The position numbers and the translations under genes are program-made. From the NCBI GenBank assembly GCA_013265495.1, contig MU058065.1:2085003-2149002 (forward strand): a stretch of DNA of 64,000 bases, in the 5' to 3' direction. Positions 61,891 to 64,000 of this stretch are shown here, in pieces. Position 1 is the first letter of the stretch; every line of letters begins with the position of its first letter. This DNA comes from Vicugna vicugna. Taxonomy: Eukaryota. A model generated the notes under the pieces. That model was given only the letters and a program-made list of their open reading frames with translations. It made no database searches and was not told where the DNA came from.

Positions 61891-62804
61891 CCCTGGAGTG
61901 AGAAGGCGCGCGGTTCTGGAGCACTGGGCGTCGTGGCTGCCTCCCTCCGTGTCTCTGGGACCCGGGCTCCAGCTGTGCACTTGCTGCATCTCTGCTCATC
62001 CTTTCTGCTTCTACAGATGTAAACATTCTGTGGTCTCCCCCGCTTAATCTGATGGATCTTCCAATATCTCCTTGAATTCGCTGCACTTTTTCATTTCTGT
62101 TAACTCTATCTAATGCATGTCCCACCTTCAGTGCATTAAGATGGAAATCTGATCAAATAGCAAACCTATATCACTCACTGCACACAAGTTTAGTGTCTAC
62201 TTGCTGTGTGCGAACTTCTGAACCAGGAACAAAGAAGCCTCAAATGTGAATTGAAATGGACCTAGTAGGTCAGGAATTTACCACCCAGTTTGTTTCAAGT
62301 ATGCAGACCTCTATTACCATAAAAATTCTCAATCTCCTCCCTAATAATACCTTAGTGTATTTAATAGTCATTCATTGAGAAACTACTTAATGACAAGAAG
62401 CTATTAAACATTCAATAACTCCTTTTATGAATTTTTTTTATTAATGCAGTAACTTCTATATACTATTACTACATAATAGTAAATGCATGTCTGAGACACG
62501 TTACCCCTTCAGTTCAATATGAGACCTAAATACACATTTGCCATCCTTTGGGGTAATTCCATCTCCATCTTACACCCCTGGATCTAAAGAGAAGCACAGA
62601 ACCGGAATGGAACCCAGCTGACCCTTAACTCCTTTACTCTGACCATACAAAGCTTAATGCCCAGAAATATGGTTGTAAGCATGTTTGTAACTTCTGGTAC
62701 AAAAGCTTAGACTTTGAGGATGTCTCAAAGTAAACGCAAACTATGCATATGAGTACAGATGATAGTGACCTACAGAAGCCTGAGCTCTTGAATTAATTCC
62801 AGAA

Positions 62805-62951
62805 AAGGGGGGGCAGCTACATAACTTGCAGGGCCCAGTGCAAAATGAAAGGCAGGGCCCCTTGTTCGAAAATTTACTAAGAATTTCAAAATGGTGACAG
62901 CATGGGGAACTCCTGGACAGGGGTCCTATTGGATCTATGAGACCAGTCCTG
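62805..62951 (-). mobile_element. MER45A-like hAT MITE
   Basis: gctacataacttgcagggcccagtgcaaaatgaaa...ggccccttgttc...aagaatttcaaaatggtgacagca. Confidence 0.85.
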
Positions 62952-63044
62952 AATGGGAGCCTGGTACACACCAAGATGTCTGCGACCGATGGTGGACTTT
63001 CATGCTCATTCAACAAAATCTATCATGAATCAGCAACAGCAAAT

Positions 63045-63265
63045 GTAATGGTGGCACCTACTGAGTGCCAGGCACTCCTCTAAGTGCTCTGTGTGGTATG
63101 TTGCATTTAACTGATGGAATAGGTATTTTTGCTATCCCCATTTTACAGATGAGGAAACCGAGGCCCAGATACGTTTAATAACTTAACAGAGTTGTGCGGC
63201 TAGTCAAAGAGAGAACTGGGATTCAGTCCCACGTAGTCTGACTTCAGAATGTAGGTCCTTAACGC
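63045..63265 (-). mobile_element. MIR
   Basis: atccccattttacagatgaggaaaccgaggcccaga...ctgggattca...gtctgacttcaga. Confidence 0.9.
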
Positions 63266-63354
63266 CTCATGTGGTTTGTTTTCCAAACACTATTTAGCTT
63301 TCATTTTAAGAATGAAATAAGAAAAGGTAAGCCAAACACTTGTTAATTCAGAGT

Positions 63355-63535
63355 CTAAATATGGAGTACCTACTATGTCCCAGGCATTGTTCTAAGCATA
63401 TGCCAGCTCATTTAATTTTCAAAACTATCCTGTATGTATTATTATCAACTGCATTTTACCATTGAGGAAATTAAGGAACAGAGACATTAGGTAACCAGCC
63501 TAAGACATGCAAGTAAGAGACTGAGCAGGATTTCA
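63355..63535 (-). mobile_element. MIR
   Basis: gagtacctactatgtcccaggcattgttctaagc...attttaccattgaggaaattaagg. Confidence 0.85.
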
Positions 63536-63584
63536 AAGGAGGGAGGGAGTAGAAAGTAAGAAACAAAAACCAGAGGCATTGGTT

Positions 63585-63642
63585 ATTTTATATATATATT
63601 TTATATATAAATTATACATAAATATATTATATATACATAATT
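63585..63642. repeat. (TA)-rich low-complexity tract
   Basis: ttttatatatatattttatatataaattatacataaatatattatatatacataa. Confidence 0.85.
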
Positions 63643-64000
63643 TACTTATTAAATAGTCATAAAAATATTTTGTGGTTCCTTGTAGGATGGTTCTGAAGGC
63701 ATTAGCTTTGAAAATGCTTCTTTTATCATGGAAAAGGAATGAAAGATTACAGTTAGAATCGGAAGGCGTACTACAAGAAAGCTCTTGCTTAAGTGGTATC
63801 CACGTCTGATGGTAAAACGAGGAGCCCTTATCTTTTCTGGGTCTGCAATTTATGTCTTACTTTTTTATGATCTTGAAATTGATTCTCCAGTAGGATGTAA
63901 ATAAGGTAGCCTCTGTTTTTTCCCCGTGTTCCTCCATTTTCATACTAATTAAATTGTCCTAAGAGTAACCATTAATCTTCCTCGGCCACCAACCACCCTC

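Noticed and set aside
1..64000. CRISPR arrays, operons or other prokaryote-type systems
   Set aside because: Sequence is mammalian and repeat-rich, with no regularly spaced repeats or gene-dense ORFs

Overview
64 kb of AT-rich mammalian genomic DNA that looks intronic or intergenic. It is almost certainly camelid (alpaca/camel), because it carries five tRNA-Ala-derived SINEs resembling the camelid Vic-1 family, together with lineage-type L1 3' ends. I find no convincing protein-coding exon, RNA gene or CRISPR array; the ORF track consists of chance ORFs or decayed L1/LTR/SINE sequence. A large part of the window is interspersed repeat: old eutherian L2, MIR, L1MC/ME, MLT1 LTRs and hAT MITEs, plus younger 5'-truncated L1s with visible target-site duplications (TSDs), SINEs and an ERV1-type solo LTR. 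There is a 102-N assembly gap inside one L1. The best leads are modest: a compact HOX/PBX/MEIS/ETS motif cluster at ~21.1-21.3 kb (candidate enhancer), a possible unidentified processed retrocopy at 146-566, a chimeric old/young L1 apparently inserted as one unit and lying head-to-head with another L1 (44.3-45.6 kb), and several candidate non-coding exons. I see no evidence for a novel multi-gene system. Repeat subfamily names are recalled from consensus sequences and are approximate, as are the boundaries of old repeats.
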